64,000 nucleotides of DNA from Selaginella moellendorffii (Eukaryota > Plantae > Lycopodiophyta). The first letter of the stretch is position 1, and each line of letters begins with the position of its first letter. The stretch is from assembly GCF_000143415.4 (NCBI RefSeq), contig NW_003314338.1, forward strand, positions 676,216 to 740,215, read 5' to 3'. The notes under the pieces are model-generated. The model did not search any database and was not told the origin of the DNA. It saw only the letters and a list, made by a program, of their open reading frames with translations. Positions 62,837 through 64,000 of the stretch are shown piece after piece. The position numbers and the translations under genes are program-made.

Positions 62837-64000
62837 CTCCACTGCTATGCCCGCCATCCCCACTGCCACGAGGCCAGGTCGATCTTTGATGCTATGCCAC
62901 ACCACAGCATTGCAGCCTGGAATATGCTTGTCACGGCATATATCAAATCAGGGCATCTGCATGCTGCGAAGATGGCCTTTGACGCAGCCCCAGTTAGAAG
63001 CATTGTCACGTGGAATGCCATTTTGGCAGCATATTCCCAGTCCGGAAGTGTCGATGTGGCAAGGCATCTCTTTGATGAAATGCCAATGTGGAATCTGATA
63101 TCGTGGACGACTCTGCTGGTGGCATATACCCAGAACGGGCATTTGGAAAGCGCAAAAAATCTTTTTGATGCTTTGAAAGAGGCTGATCGAGACCTTGTAG
63201 CATGGAACGCAATGCTTGCCGGATATGCGAAGCTCGGAAAAACCAAAGAAGCGTTTGATTTGTTTCAAAAGATGCCATTGCAGGATCTTTTCTCGTGGAA
63301 CACTATTCTTTCTGCCAATGCCCAGAAAGGAAACCTTCATACAGTGGAAGAGATCCTCTCTTCAATGCCTATGCTTAGCCTGGTTTCCTGGAACTCTGCC
63401 TTAGGAGCATATGCTCGTTTTGGAGCTTTGAATCAAGCAAAAGACCTCTTCAAACAATTGCACCAGCATGATCTACTCTCCTGGAACTTGAGGCTCTTGG
63501 CATATGCTACAAACAGGCATCTTGAAGAAGCCAAGGGCTTGTTTGATTTGATGCCGCAGCGCGACGCCAGCTCTTGGACGGTGATAATTGCATTGTACGG
63601 TGAATACGGCCTAGTCCATGAAGCCAGAAATATGCTAGAGGATATGCCACAGCATGACGTACCTGCATGGAACGCCATGCTTGGAGCATATGCCCAAAAC
63701 GGGCATCTTGAGAAAGCTTTGTTAGCATTCTTTAACGAGGCACCGTGTTGGAACCTTGTTTCATGGACTGTGATTTTATCCCTGCTCGTAGAGACTGGAA
63801 GATTCAAGCAAGCTTTGGAGTTCTTCCATTCGATGCCAGAGAGAGACATCGTTTCGTGGAACATAATGCTGGCTGGTGCTGCAAACCGTGAAGACAAGAT
63901 AGTTCTCTTCTATCAAATGCCGCAGCACAACCTCGCAACCCTGTGGATTATGGGAAAGATCGAAGACGTCGGCCAACAATACCTTCCCCGTGAGAGCTTT
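62837..64000 (+). CDS. PLS-class PPR gene built from tandem short (~31-aa, SS-type) motifs; runs off the window end; apparent 5' frameshift
   Basis: Open frame LHCYAR...SIVTWNAILAAYSQSG...NLISWTTLLVAYTQNGHLESAK...DVPAWNAMLGAYAQNGHLEKA; the upstream KDLSSWIF motif lies in another frame. Confidence 0.8.

Overview
Gene-dense land-plant nuclear DNA with very short (~50-60 bp) introns and many PLS-class PPR genes. This pattern suggests a lycophyte such as Selaginella (inference). Intact-looking genes: a MOT2/MFSD5-type MFS transporter, a divergent Cu/Zn SOD (5' end in an assembly gap), a PLS-E PPR, tRNA-Asn(GUU), a long remorin, a GDSL protein lacking its catalytic Ser, an HLTF/RAD5-like SNF2-RING helicase, a PITH-domain protein and a CHASE-domain cytokinin-receptor histidine kinase. 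An ABCC (MRP-type) transporter is present in three near-identical copies, one inverted and two tandem. Each copy carries shuffled fragments of neighbouring genes (HLTF, PITH) and of a serine carboxypeptidase. There are two copies of one short-LTR Ty3/gypsy family, one moderately decayed and one heavily C>T/G>A eroded and containing a nested solo LTR and an internal hairpin. The standout is an intact, intronless 219-aa ORF (30262-30921, minus) with the active-site motif series of pertussis/cholera-toxin-class (R-S-E) mono-ADP-ribosyltransferases. It is a bacterial-toxin-like enzyme embedded in plant sequence, next to the DNA-damage-tolerance helicase and the amplified ABCC exporters. A microbial-type 2OG-Fe(II) oxygenase pseudogene is a second possible horizontal acquisition.
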